In this document: piece by piece, positions 33,334 to 44,063 of the stretch
How the letters are laid out: every line of letters begins with the position of its first letter
Numbering within the stretch: the stretch's first letter is position 1
Assembly (NCBI GenBank): GCA_963767005.1
Contig: CAVYCN010000019.1
Coordinates: forward strand, 108,080 to 172,079
Source: an uncultured Actinomycetes bacterium
Lineage (GTDB): Bacteria; Actinomycetota; Thermoleophilia; UBA2241
DNA: 64,000 nt
Reading direction: 5' to 3'
Notes under the pieces: model-generated
The model's input: only the letters and a program-made list of their open reading frames with translations
What the model was told of the DNA's origin: nothing
The model's database searches: none
Position numbers and translations under genes: made by a program

Positions 33334-34434
33334 ATGAAGCGCAGGTCATGGGTGCTGCTGGCCGTCGCCGCGACGGCCATGATGGTGCTCGGCGCGGGCG
33401 CAAGCCCGGCGTCGGCCGCCACGCAGCCCAAGTTCACCGTCTTCGCCGCCGCCTCACTCTACAAGGCGTTCCCGGCGATGGTGGCACCGTTCAAGGCCAG
33501 GTTCCCGCAGTACAAGCACGTGAAGTTCGTCTTCAACTTCGCGGGGACCAATGACTTGGCGACCCAGATCCAGAACGGCGCCTACGCCGACATCTTCGCG
33601 GGCGCCAGCACCAAGTACAGCGACCAGCTGCTGTCGCCCACCGTCTACCTCAACACACCGCGCCTGTTCTGTCAGAACACGCTGTGCGTCATCGTGCCCA
33701 ACGTGAAGGGTCACAAGGTCAAGAGCCTGGCCGACCTCGCCACGCCGAAGATGGAGATCGCGGTCGGCACCTGGGGTACGAACGGCGTCCCGATCGGTAC
33801 CTATACGCAGACGGTCCTGACCAACCTCAACGCCGATCCCGCCCTCAACGACGCGACCTTCGCGACCGACGTCGACAACAACGCCACGGAGTACGGCGCC
33901 GTCGTCGCCAACGTGAACATGGTCACCGCCCTCGTCGTGCTCAACGAGGTCGACGCCGGCTTCGTCTACTACAGCGACAAGGTGGCCGCGGCCAACAAGG
34001 CCATCCAGATCTCGATCCCCTTCGCCTACCAGTCGAACCCCCTGCCGACCTACCCCATCGCCACGGTCAAGGGCAGCACCAAGGTCACCATGGGCAACCG
34101 CTTCATCAAGTTCGTGCTCGGCGCCAGGGGCCACGCCATCCTCAAGCGCTGGGGGTTCCTCGCCCGGCCGGTGCCGATCGTCTCCTCACTCTCGGCGACG
34201 TCCGGCGCAGCAGGGTCGACCGTGACCATCACCGGCACCAACTTCGGCAGTAACAAGACGGGCTACGTGCCGGGCGTGGTGAAGTTCGGGACCACCGTGG
34301 CGACCACCACGGCGTGGACTACGACCTCGATCACGGCCACGGTGCCGGCCAGCCTCACGGCAGCCACGTACAAGGTCACGGTCACCGCCGATGGCCAGGT
34401 CTCGAAGGCGACGACCTTCACGGTGACCCCGTAG
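33334..34434 (+). CDS. modA: Molybdate ABC transporter substrate-binding protein ModA with C-terminal IPT/TIG (Ig-like) domain
   Basis: Sec signal MKRRSWVLLAVAATAMMVLGAGASPASA. ModA core: TVFAAASLYKAFPAMV...FNFAGTNDLATQIQNGAYADIFAGAS...DAGFVYYSD...YPIATVKGS. The last ~90 aa read SSLSATSGAAGSTVTITGTNFG...VKFGTTVATTTAWTTTSITATVPASLTAATYKVTVTADGQVS, which is IPT/TIG-like. Confidence 0.8.
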   Translation: MKRRSWVLLAVAATAMMVLGAGASPASAATQPKFTVFAAASLYKAFPAMVAPFKARFPQYKHVKFVFNFAGTNDLATQIQNGAYADIFAGASTKYSDQLLSPTVYLNTPRLFCQNTLCVIVPNVKGHKVKSLADLATPKMEIAVGTWGTNGVPIGTYTQTVLTNLNADPALNDATFATDVDNNATEYGAVVANVNMVTALVVLNEVDAGFVYYSDKVAAANKAIQISIPFAYQSNPLPTYPIATVKGSTKVTMGNRFIKFVLGARGHAILKRWGFLARPVPIVSSLSATSGAAGSTVTITGTNFGSNKTGYVPGVVKFGTTVATTTAWTTTSITATVPASLTAATYKVTVTADGQVSKATTFTVTP

Positions 34435-34591
34435 GGATCTCCGCACGGCGGCATCGTCTGCGACAGCACACGGTCCAGCCCCTCAGTCCGCACCTGAGGG
34501 GCGGCGGCAGGCAGTCACGCGCGGCCTGCTGAAAGGCGCGGCGGCGGCGATCACGGGGATCGCCGCCGCCGCGCTGCTTCTGTTCATCGGC

Positions 34592-35317
34592 ATGCCCGTG
34601 CTCGCCATCTTCCTGCGGGTGCCGCTGTCGACCCTGCTCTCCCAGTTCCACTCGCAAGTGGCCCTCGACGCGCTGCGCGTCAGCATGAAGACAAGCCTCA
34701 TCTCGCTGGCCTTCATGGTGCTGGCCGGCACGCCGGTGGCCCACCTGCTGGCCCGGCGGCGGTTCGCCGGACGGGCCGTGGTCATCACCCTGATCGAGGT
34801 CCCGCTCGTCCTGCCGCCGGCGGTGGCCGGCATCGCGCTCTTCGCGGCGTTCGGGCGCACGGGCCTGGTCGGGACCTACATCGCCGCGCACGGCATCCGC
34901 ATACCGTTCACCTGGATCGCCGTGGTCATGTCGCAGTCGTTCGTGGCGATGCCGTTCTACGTGCGCCAGGTGATCGCGTCGTTCGGCGCCGTCGACCAGC
35001 AGCTCGTGGGCGCCTCGCGGACACTCGGCGCGGGCGCGTTCCGCTCGTTCTTCCGCATCGAGGTGCCGCTGGCGCGGCAGGGCCTCGCCGCCGGCGCGGC
35101 TCTGGCCTGGGCCCGGGCGCTCGGCGAGTTCGGGGCGACCGCCCTGTTCGCCGGCGGCTTCGTCCAGGGTGTCACCCAGACGCTGCCCCTGGCGATCTAC
35201 GCGCAGTTCCAGGGTGCGAACATCACATCCTGCCTGGCCATGTCGGCGTTCCTCGTCGCCGTCAGCTTCGCCGTGCTGGTCACCACCAAGATCCTCCTGA
35301 GCTGGCGGGAGATGTGA
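34592..35317 (+). CDS. modB: Molybdate ABC transporter permease ModB (true N-terminus probably upstream of the first ATG)
   Basis: Reads LARRRFAGRAVVITLIEVPLVLPPAVAGIALF...SRTLGAGAFRSFFRIEVPLA...ALGEFGATALFAGG. The in-frame upstream codons (about 34526-34591: LLKGAAAAITGIAAAALLLFIG) look like the missing first TM helix, but contain no ATG or GTG. Confidence 0.8.
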   Translation: MPVLAIFLRVPLSTLLSQFHSQVALDALRVSMKTSLISLAFMVLAGTPVAHLLARRRFAGRAVVITLIEVPLVLPPAVAGIALFAAFGRTGLVGTYIAAHGIRIPFTWIAVVMSQSFVAMPFYVRQVIASFGAVDQQLVGASRTLGAGAFRSFFRIEVPLARQGLAAGAALAWARALGEFGATALFAGGFVQGVTQTLPLAIYAQFQGANITSCLAMSAFLVAVSFAVLVTTKILLSWREM

Positions 35318-36507
35318 GCCTCGTGACCGCCCCCGACGACCTGCTTCACATCGAGATCAGGCACCGCCTGCGGCGCTTCGAGCTCGATGTGAGCTTCGCC
35401 GCGGGGCATGAGACCCTGGCGCTCGTCGGGCCCTCCGGCGCCGGCAAGACGTCGGTGCTGCGCGCTGTCGCCGGGCTGTACAAGCCCGACCACGCGCGCA
35501 TCGAGCTCAGCGGTCGCACGCTCATCGACACCGAACGGCACGTGAACCTGCCACCGGAGAGCCGCCGGGTCGGCATGATGTTCCAGGATGGCGCGCTGTT
35601 CCCGCACCTCTCGATCGCCCGCAACGTCGCCTACGGCCTGCGGCCGCGGCCGCGCCGACGTCGCGAGCGTCGCGCCCGCATCGACGAGCTGCTCGCCCGC
35701 TACGGCATCGCCGAGCTGCGCGACGCGCGCCCGGGCCGGGTGTCGGGCGGCGAGCGTCAGCGAGCCGCCCTCGCGCGCGCCGTCGCCACCACCCCCGACA
35801 TCCTGCTGCTCGACGAGCCGCTGTCGGCGCTCGACTCGGTGACCAAGGCGCGGGTGTCGCGCGAGCTCGCTCAGTGGCTCGCCGAGCTGGGCCTGCCGAC
35901 CATCCTCGTGTCGCACGACTACGCCGACGTGGCCGGCCTCGCCGATCGCATCGCCGTGATCGACGCCGGCCGCATCGTGCAGACCGGCACGGCGGCCGAC
36001 CTGCAGCGCGCGCCGGCCTCGCCGTTCGTCGCCGCCTTCGTCGCCACCAACTACTTCAGGGGCACGGCGCGCAGGGACGGCGACCTGACCGTGGTCGACC
36101 TTGCCCAGGGCAGGCGTTTCGTCTGCACCGCACCGGCCGGCGGCGACGTCGCGCTCGTCGTCGACCCGTGGGCCGTGCGCCTGGCGCGCGCCGGGGGCGA
36201 ACCGGCCGCGGCCGACACGGTCGTGGACCCGACGGGAACGGTCGGTCCGACCCGTGTGGCGACAGCGGTGGCGGCTACGGCGGCGTCGCTCAACGTCGTG
36301 CAGGGGACCGTCGCCCAGCTCGTCCGGATGGGCGGCGTAGTCCGCGTCACCCTGAGCTCCGACCCGCCGGTCGTCGCCGAGCTGCCGGCGGAACGGGCGG
36401 ACGCTCTGGGCCTCACGCGCGGTGCGCTCGTCGTCGCGACCTGGTCGCCCGAGGCCGCCCGACTGGTCGCAGCGGACGGCCCTGCCGCGGTGTCGGGCGA
36501 CCGATAG
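35314..36507 (+). CDS. modC: Molybdate ABC transporter ATP-binding protein ModC with C-terminal TOBE-like domain
   Basis: Walker A GPSGAGKTS, signature VSGGERQRAALARA, Walker B LLLDEPLSALD. GTG 35314 overlaps the modB stop (ATGTGA). Intact at 397 aa. Confidence 0.85.
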   Translation: MSLVTAPDDLLHIEIRHRLRRFELDVSFAAGHETLALVGPSGAGKTSVLRAVAGLYKPDHARIELSGRTLIDTERHVNLPPESRRVGMMFQDGALFPHLSIARNVAYGLRPRPRRRRERRARIDELLARYGIAELRDARPGRVSGGERQRAALARAVATTPDILLLDEPLSALDSVTKARVSRELAQWLAELGLPTILVSHDYADVAGLADRIAVIDAGRIVQTGTAADLQRAPASPFVAAFVATNYFRGTARRDGDLTVVDLAQGRRFVCTAPAGGDVALVVDPWAVRLARAGGEPAAADTVVDPTGTVGPTRVATAVAATAASLNVVQGTVAQLVRMGGVVRVTLSSDPPVVAELPAERADALGLTRGALVVATWSPEAARLVAADGPAAVSGDR

Positions 36508-36510
36508 GCG

Positions 36511-36535
36511 GCGCGGCCCGCGTCGCCGGCCGCGC
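36511..36535. terminator. Hairpin between the two convergent modC genes
   Basis: GCGCGGCC (36511-36518) pairs with GGCCGCGC (36528-36535), with a 9-nt loop. It lies in the 48-nt gap between the stops at 36507 and 36556. Confidence 0.45.
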
Positions 36536-36555
36536 GCGGCGCAGCCGCGGGCACC

Positions 36556-37605
<1,050 letters not shown>

Positions 37606-37652
37606 CAGGCTCACCGCCGCACCCCCGCGCGTGTCGATGCGACCCGCACGGC

Positions 37653-38513
37653 TCAGCGACCGCCGAACCAGTGGCCGCGCAGGGCGACGAGCACGGCCAG
37701 CGACACCGCGAGCAAGACGAGGCTGAGGGCGATCGCCGCGCCCTGGTCGTTCTGCAGGGCGACGTAGACAGCGAGCGGCATGGTCTGCGTGCTCCCCGGC
37801 AGGTTGCCGGCGAAGGTGATGGTCGCGCCGAACTCGCCGAGCGCACGCGCCCAGCACAGCGCGACGCCCGCGCCGAGCGTCGGCGCCACGAGCGGCACCG
37901 TCACGCGCCGGAAGGTCGTCCAGCGGCCGGCCCCGAGGGTCGAGGCCGCGTCCTCGTAGCGCTGGCCCAGCGACCGCAGGCCGGCCTCGACCGTCACGAC
38001 CAGGAAGGGCATGGCGACGAAGGTCTCGGCGAGGATGGCGGCGGTCGTCGAGAAAGGGATCGTGATCCCGAACCAGCGGTACAGCCACTCGCCGACCAGG
38101 CCGAAGCGGCCGAAGGCAAGCAGCAGGGCGACGCCGCCGACCACCGGCGGCATCACCATCGGCAGCGTCACCACGGCGCGCGCCACGGTGCGACCGGGGA
38201 ACGGCACGCGGGCGAACACCCAGGCGAGCGGCACGCCCAGCACACACGACAGCGCGACGGCCGCCACCGAGCAGACGAGCGAGAGCCGGAGCGCCGTCAG
38301 CACGCCGGGCTGGACGAGATCGCCGGGGATCTCGCGCCACGGGGCGCGCACGACGAGGCCGATCACCGGCAGCGTGAGGAACGCGAGCGCCGCCACCGCG
38401 AGTGGCGTGAAGCCGAAGGGTGCGCGCCGCAGCGACCGGTGCCGGACGGCGGCGGGCCGGCCGGCGGCGACCGGCGCTCCCGACCCGGGCGCCTGCCCCC
38501 CGGAGAGCTCCAC
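37653..38513 (-). CDS. modB: Molybdate ABC transporter permease (second copy)
   Basis: Reads FARVPFPGRTVARAVVTLPMVMPPVVGGVALL...ASTLGAGRWTTFRRVTVPLV...ALGEFGATITFAGN. Intact at 286 aa. Confidence 0.85.
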   Translation of the reverse strand: MELSGGQAPGSGAPVAAGRPAAVRHRSLRRAPFGFTPLAVAALAFLTLPVIGLVVRAPWREIPGDLVQPGVLTALRLSLVCSVAAVALSCVLGVPLAWVFARVPFPGRTVARAVVTLPMVMPPVVGGVALLLAFGRFGLVGEWLYRWFGITIPFSTTAAILAETFVAMPFLVVTVEAGLRSLGQRYEDAASTLGAGRWTTFRRVTVPLVAPTLGAGVALCWARALGEFGATITFAGNLPGSTQTMPLAVYVALQNDQGAAIALSLVLLAVSLAVLVALRGHWFGGR

Positions 38514-38534
38514 GGTCAGCTCCCTCCACTCAGT

Positions 38535-39359
38535 TCACTGCGCCGACGGTGGCCCGAAGCCGGCGCCGGCCAGCAGCGCCTGGGCCTGCGATCCAAGCAC
38601 GAACGCCATGAACTGCTGCGCGGCCGTCGCGTTCTTGGTCGCCTTGACGACCGCGATCGGGTAGCTCGCCACCGCCTGCGCGGCGGCAGGCAGGCCGATC
38701 GTCGTCACCTGGCTCCCGGCGCTCCTGGCGTCGGTCACGTACACGAAGCCCGCGTCGGCGTTCCCCGTCGACACCGACGTCAGGATCGAGGTCACATCGA
38801 GCGCCTCGGAGGCGACGTTCTTGAGGACCTTGCCCGAGTAGCCCACGCCGTACAGCGCGTCGAGGTTGCCCAGCACCGTGCGCGTGTACGTGCCGATCGG
38901 CACCGTCGCGTCGCCGATGACGAGCTTGATGCCGGGCGTGGTCAGGTCGCGCAGCGAATGGATGTGCGCCGGGTCGCACGCCGGCACGACCACGACGAGC
39001 TTGTTGGTGGCGAAGGTCCGCGGCGTGTCGATCAGGCCCTTGCCGGCGAGCTTGGTCCCGTACTTGGTGCTGGCGCCGGCGAAGACGTCGGCCGGCGCGC
39101 CCTGCTCTATCTGGGTGGTCAGGGTGTCGGTGCCGGCAAAGTTGAAGGCGAACGCCACGCCCGGGTGAGTCTTCTGGAAGTCCGCCGCGATCTGAGGGAA
39201 GACCTTGTTCAGCGAGGCCGCAGCGAACACGGTGAGCTTGACGGGGCTCGCGCTCGCACCCGAGCCCGACCCGGATGAGCCGCAGCCAGCCGCGATCAGG
39301 CCGACGGCGAGCACGAGCAACGCGATGAGAGCGTGCAGGACTGGATGCTTGACTGGCAT
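38535..39359 (-). CDS. modA: Molybdate ABC transporter substrate-binding lipoprotein (second copy)
   Basis: Lipobox: MPVKHPVLHALIALLVLAVGLIAAGCGSS. Core: TVFAAASLNKVFPQIAADF...FNFAGTDTLTTQIEQGAPADVFAGAS...DAGFVYVTD...YPIAVVKAT. ATG 39359 is preceded by GGAGGG. Confidence 0.85.
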   Translation of the reverse strand: MPVKHPVLHALIALLVLAVGLIAAGCGSSGSGSGASASPVKLTVFAAASLNKVFPQIAADFQKTHPGVAFAFNFAGTDTLTTQIEQGAPADVFAGASTKYGTKLAGKGLIDTPRTFATNKLVVVVPACDPAHIHSLRDLTTPGIKLVIGDATVPIGTYTRTVLGNLDALYGVGYSGKVLKNVASEALDVTSILTSVSTGNADAGFVYVTDARSAGSQVTTIGLPAAAQAVASYPIAVVKATKNATAAQQFMAFVLGSQAQALLAGAGFGPPSAQ

Positions 39360-39446
39360 GAAGACGGTCCCTCCTAGCGCGCAGTCCGCGTCGCCCCCAA
39401 AGGGGCCGGCCGGCGCCCGATCTGACGTCGGCGCCACGGCCGCGCG

Positions 39447-39470
39447 CGTTGTACGGAAGGCAGTATAGCG
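39447..39470 (-). promoter_or_regulatory. ModE-type operator-like element upstream of modA (copy 2)
   Basis: The minus strand reads CGCTATACTGCCTTCCGTACAACG, about 90 nt upstream of ATG 39359. This is the same end motifs and the same 24-nt length as 33156-33179. Confidence 0.45.
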
Positions 39471-39504
39471 CGGACGTCAAACGCCGGGCCGCCCCGCCGC
39501 GGCG

Positions 39505-40390
39505 TCACCGACCCACGAGGCCAGAGAGGGCCGCGGGGAGCTCGGCGCGCGGCACGACGACGTCGGCGGCGTCGCGCGCGGCGGCATCGCCCTCGACCAC
39601 GGCGATCCCGAGGCCGGCCCAGCGCAGCATGCCGGCGTCGGGGGCGCCGTCGCCGCAGGCGACGGCGCCCGCCGGCGACACGCCGAGCCGGGCGCACAGC
39701 CGCGCCAGGGCCCCGGCCTTGTCGGCGGCGGGGTGGTGCACCTCGTAGCGGCCGCCGGGCGCGGGGCTCACGGCCACGTCCGGACGTCCGAGAACCAGCT
39801 CGTCGAGCAGGCCGACGAGCTTCGACGGCACCCCGCCGACGACCAGCCGCGTCACCGCGACCCCTTCGAGCGCCGCTGCCAGGTCGGGCTGCACACGTGT
39901 GGTTGCGCGCGGAGCCGAGCGTCGCGCCCGCGAGCGCCGCGACCGACCGCGTGCTCACGAACGAATCACGGCGCGCTCGCCTCGCCGGCATCCCGTCCGC
40001 GTTGATCTCCTGCTCCCAGCGCGCGTCGTCGACGTAGGCCGTGACCGAGGCGCCGGCACGAAGCAGCGCCGCGGTGAGCGCGGCCGCGACGCCGGGCGGC
40101 AGGTCGAGCCGCTCGAGCCAGCGGCCGTCGTCGAGGTCGGCCAGGACGGCGCCATGGTAGGCGATGGCGTAGCCGCCGGCCAGCCCGAGGCGCTGCGCCC
40201 CCGCGCGAGTGGCCCCGACCGTCCGTCCTGTGCACAGGACGATCCGCAGGCCCGCCGCGCTCAGGGCGGCGAGCGCCGCGACGATCCCCGGATACGGCTC
40301 GCCGGCCTCGTCGACCAGCGTGCCGTCGAGGTCGCAGGCGGCCAGCGCGTGCGCGCCGGTCGGCCCCTCGGCTCCGCCGCCCGCGCTCAC
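39505..40390 (-). pseudogene. HAD-superfamily hydrolase, Cof-type (subfamily IIB) phosphatase, one frame break near 39900
   Basis: Reads LAACDLDGTLVDEAGEPYPGIVAALAALSAAGLRIVLCTGRT and, in a second frame, HPAADKAGALARLCARLGVSPAGAVACGDGAPDAGMLRWAGLGIAV. GTG 40390 overlaps the upstream stop (GTGA). Confidence 0.75.
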
Positions 40391-41562
40391 GGCGCGGTCT
40401 CGAGTACCCGCCGCGCGACGAGCACGGCCGGCTCCCCGATAAGGCGCTCGACCGTGGCGGCCAGCGCCCGGGCCGCTCCCAGCCGGGCGCGAGCCGCGGC
40501 CTGGCCGTCGGGCTGCCCGTCGAGGTCGCGCAGCTTCGCCGCGAGGCGCTCGTCGAGGTCGATCACGACCGTGCCCCGGAGCAGCTTGTCGGCGAGGTAG
40601 AGCACCTCTGCCTCGCCGGGCAGCGGGTCGGGCGACGGCGTCAGCGACCGCCCCTCCCTCTCATTCTCAGCCTCTACCTGAGCGTGAAGGTCGATGTGAC
40701 GGGCGACCAGGGGCGCGAGCCGGCGATAGCCGAGCTCGCGCAGCCGCGCGGCGCCGGCGGCGGCGTGATCAGGCTGCAAACGGGCGATATCGTGGAGCAG
40801 CGCTGCGGCCAGCAGGAGCTCCGTCTGCAGGCAGAGTCCGTGCTCGTTCAGTCGCCGCGCGAGCGTCATTGCCACGGCCGCGACCGCCCGCGAGTGGTCC
40901 ACGACCGCCGGCGGCAGGCTCGCGTCGGCGAGGAGGTCCAGGCAGCGCTGCTCGTCGGGCAGCACCTCGAAGGCGACCTCGTCGCGGGCACGGCTGTAGT
41001 CGGCCGGCCGGTCGAGGTCGATCAGCGTGCCGGGATCGCCTGTCTCGACCTCGAGGGCGGCGGCGTCATGGGAGCCGAGCAGGTCGCGCAGCCCGCCGCG
41101 CGGCTCGTCGCCCAGGTCGGCAGGCAGACTGGCGCGGGCGATCAGCGGCGGGTGGCCGCGGCGGCCGGCGAAGACCGGATAGACCACCGGCGCCGGTCGC
41201 GCGAGCGCGGCCCGGGCGAGCCGCCCGACCGTCTCTGAGCGCACGAGAGCGCAGTCGACCGGCAGCAGGAAGACGCGCTCGACGCCGGCGTCGAGGCTCG
41301 CGAGGCCGGTGGCGACCGACGAGAACATGCCGCGCCGCCAGTCGGGGTTGAGGGCGGTCGGCACGCCGAGCGCCTGCGCGGCGGCGGCCACCTCGTCGGC
41401 GCGCCAGCCCACGACGACGCGCACGTCGTCGATGCCGACTCCGGCAAAGACGGCGACGGCGCGGGCGAGCACGCTGCTCTCGCCGAGGGGCAGCAGCGGC
41501 TTGAGCTCGCCCATGCGCGACGAGCGGCCGGCGGCCAGCACGACGGCGGCGAGCCGGCTCAC
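40387..41562 (-). CDS. MobA/MocA-like molybdenum-cofactor nucleotidyltransferase fused to an HD-domain
   Basis: From GTG 41562: SRLAAVVLAAGRSSRMGELKPLLPLGESSVLARAV...LLPVDCALV (MobA-like NTP transferase), then HSRAVAAVAMTLARRL...LLAAALLHDIARL (HD). It forms the intact C-terminal part of track ORF 40387-42909. Confidence 0.8.
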   Translation of the reverse strand: MSRLAAVVLAAGRSSRMGELKPLLPLGESSVLARAVAVFAGVGIDDVRVVVGWRADEVAAAAQALGVPTALNPDWRRGMFSSVATGLASLDAGVERVFLLPVDCALVRSETVGRLARAALARPAPVVYPVFAGRRGHPPLIARASLPADLGDEPRGGLRDLLGSHDAAALEVETGDPGTLIDLDRPADYSRARDEVAFEVLPDEQRCLDLLADASLPPAVVDHSRAVAAVAMTLARRLNEHGLCLQTELLLAAALLHDIARLQPDHAAAGAARLRELGYRRLAPLVARHIDLHAQVEAENEREGRSLTPSPDPLPGEAEVLYLADKLLRGTVVIDLDERLAAKLRDLDGQPDGQAAARARLGAARALAATVERLIGEPAVLVARRVLETAP

Positions 41563-41603
41563 CGAAGGACGACTCCCGCGGCACTGGTCGCCGTCCCCAC
41601 GGC

Positions 41604-42650
41604 CTAGCTGCCCGCGCCGGCCCGCACCTGGATCATCTCGGCCACGATGCTGACGGCGAGCTCGGCCGGCGTCTCGGCGCCGATCGGCAGGCCGATCGGC
41701 GCGTGCAGGCGAGCGAGGTCGTCGTCGCTGAAGCCCTTCGCGCGCAGAGCCTCGGCGATGCGCCGCACCTTCGTGCGGCTGGACATGAGGCCCACGTAGC
41801 GCGCCGGCGTACGCAGCGCCTGCTCGAGCACGGTCACGTCGTGCGTGTGGCCGCGGGTCACGATGACGATGTAGCTCTGCTCGTCGACCGGCCGGCGCGA
41901 GAGGACAGCCGTCGAACGACGCGATCAGCTCGACCTGGGCGCCGGGGAACCGGTCGGGCGCGGCGAACTCCTCGCGGTCGTCGAGCACGAGGACCCGCCA
42001 GCCGGCGTTCGCCGCCACCGGGGCGAGCGGCGCGACCGACGTGCCCGGCGCCGCAGATGATCGCCGTGAGCCGGCGGATCGAACGCCTCGACCACGACCT
42101 CGCGAGCCGTCGGGCAGACGCGGCCGTGCCGTGGCATGGCGATCTTGCCGACGGTCTTGCGCAGCGTGCCGGCGTCGCACGGGGCGGCGCCGACGACCGT
42201 GCCGTCTTCGTGCAGCAGGCAGTGCTCGACGGCGCCGCCGTCGGCCGCCGGCAGGACGGTGAACAGCCAGGCGCGCCGGCGCGCGGCCTCGGCCGCGCGC
42301 ATCGCCTCGCAGACCTCGGCCAGCGTCGGATCGCCGGGCGCCATGTAGGCGATCAGCACCTCGGCGCTGCCGCCGCAGACCATCTCGTCGGCGCTGTCGA
42401 CGTCCCTGCCGCGCAGGCGAAAGGCCGACGTCTCGGAGCGACCGCGGTCGAGCACCTCGGCCGCCTGGCGCATCATGGTGGCCTCGAGCAGGCCGCCGCC
42501 GATCGTGCCGGCGATCGAGCCGTCGCGGCGCACCAGCATCTCGGCGCCGGCGGCGCGCGGCGTCGAGCCCTGGTCGCTCACCAGGCGCACCAGCGCCAGG
42601 TCGTGGCCGGCCCGCAGCTCCGCCAGCACCTCGTCGACGATCTCCCTCAT
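41604..42650 (-). pseudogene. XdhC/CoxI-family molybdoenzyme maturation factor, at least 3 frame breaks
   Basis: Starts MREIVDEVLAELRAGHDLALVRLVSDQGSTPRAAGAEMLVRRDGSIAGTIGGGLLE. Continues TAIICGAGHV, VAANAGWRVLVLDDREEFA, and VTRGHTHDVTVLEQALRTPARYVGLMSSRTKVRRI...PIGLPIGAETPAELAVSIVAEMI. Breaks lie near 42075, 42035 and 41885. ATG 42650 overlaps the upstream stop. Confidence 0.8.
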
Positions 42651-44038
42651 CTGACCTCTCTCGTGTCGTTTCCGTCTGCGGCCCGTTGTGACGGGCCGCG
42701 TCGCTCGTCGAGCAGGCGCCGCTTGGCGGTGCCGTCGCCGCCGCTCCAGGGTGGCTCGGCCACCGTGACCGCGACGTGCAGCCGCCCGCTCGCACGGGCG
42801 GCGGCGAGCGCGGGCGCGCGCTCGAGGGCGGCGGCGGCGCGGCGGCAGACCGCCGCGCCGCCGCCGCCCTCGAGCGCGATCTCGACCGCAAGCCGCTCGC
42901 CGTCCTCATCGTCGCCCAAGCGCGCCCGAAAGTCGAGCACGCCGGGAAGCGCGAACAGCGCCTCGTCGAGGTCGGCCAGGGCGAGGCGTCCGCCGCCGGG
43001 CAGCGGCGCGACGTCGGCCAGGCGCGCCCGCACCGGCCCGAGACGGCGCAGCGCCGAGCCGCACGGGCAGGTCCCGGGCAGGAGCCGCCCCAGGTCGCCG
43101 GTGCGGTAGCGGATCAGCGGCATGGCCTCGCGCGTGAGCGTGGTGAAGACGACCTCACCCTCCTCGCCGTCCGGCAGCGGCCGTCCGCTCGCGGGTTCGA
43201 CCACCTCGAACAGCAGGTCGGCCGCGCGCAGGTGCAGGCCCTCATGCGCCTCGCACTCGACGCCGCCGCCGAGCCCCGTCTCGGTCGTGCCGTAGTGGTC
43301 GAACACGCGGCAGCCCCACGCCTGCTCGATCGCGGCCACGAGCGCACGCGGCGCCTGGTCGGTGCTCAGCAGCACGGTGCGCGGCGCGACCGCCCGGCCC
43401 GCGGCCGCGGCGCGCCGCGCCAGGGCGAGCACCTGCACGGGGATGCCGACGACGACGGTGACCCGCTCGCGCTCCAGATGGTCGAGCGCGTCGCCTGCGT
43501 CGTGCACCGGTCCGTGCAGGACGGGCGTCGCGCCGAGGCGTTCCAGCCCGAGCCGCAACAGGTCGCCCACCCCGCCGGGCCGCTCGTAGGGCAGCAGCAC
43601 ACCGACGCGGTCGCCGGGCCGGGCGAGCACCGACATCCCGTGACAGAAGAAGTCGACGGTGAGCTCCAGGTCGGCGACGCTGAAGCGCAGCCGCTTGGGC
43701 GGGCCGCTCGTGCCCGACGTCGGCAGGCTCACGATGCGCTCGACCGCGGTCGCCGGCACGCAGAGCATCCGGTCGCCGTGCTCGCGGATGTCGGCGGCCG
43801 TCGTAAACGGCAGCGCGGCGAGGTCGTCGAGCTCGAGGCTCGCCGCCTCGACCCCGGCGAGTCGCGTGGCGTAGAAGGGACTGCCGGCCTGCGCCAGGGC
43901 GACCGTCACGCGCAGGGCCATGCGCTGATGGCGGCGCATGGCCACGGGGTCCAGGAGGCCGTCCGCGATGCGCTCGAGGGCGCCGCCGGCAGCGGCCGTC
44001 CCGGCCGCACGCCGCCGGCGGCGCGAGCCGCAGCCCAC
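42647..44038 (-). CDS. Adenylate-forming ligase of the phenylacetate-CoA ligase / coenzyme F390 synthetase (PaaK-like) family
   Basis: Reads PTSGTSGPPKRLRFS (AMP-binding P-loop), DHYGTTETG, IRYRTGDLGRL. Intact at 463 aa. The start is uncertain within the first ~35 codons. Confidence 0.75.
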   Translation of the reverse strand: MGCGSRRRRRAAGTAAAGGALERIADGLLDPVAMRRHQRMALRVTVALAQAGSPFYATRLAGVEAASLELDDLAALPFTTAADIREHGDRMLCVPATAVERIVSLPTSGTSGPPKRLRFSVADLELTVDFFCHGMSVLARPGDRVGVLLPYERPGGVGDLLRLGLERLGATPVLHGPVHDAGDALDHLERERVTVVVGIPVQVLALARRAAAAGRAVAPRTVLLSTDQAPRALVAAIEQAWGCRVFDHYGTTETGLGGGVECEAHEGLHLRAADLLFEVVEPASGRPLPDGEEGEVVFTTLTREAMPLIRYRTGDLGRLLPGTCPCGSALRRLGPVRARLADVAPLPGGGRLALADLDEALFALPGVLDFRARLGDDEDGERLAVEIALEGGGGAAVCRRAAAALERAPALAAARASGRLHVAVTVAEPPWSGGDGTAKRRLLDERRGPSQRAADGNDTREVR

Positions 44039-44063
44039 GCGTCGAGCGGCGTGAGCCGGACGC

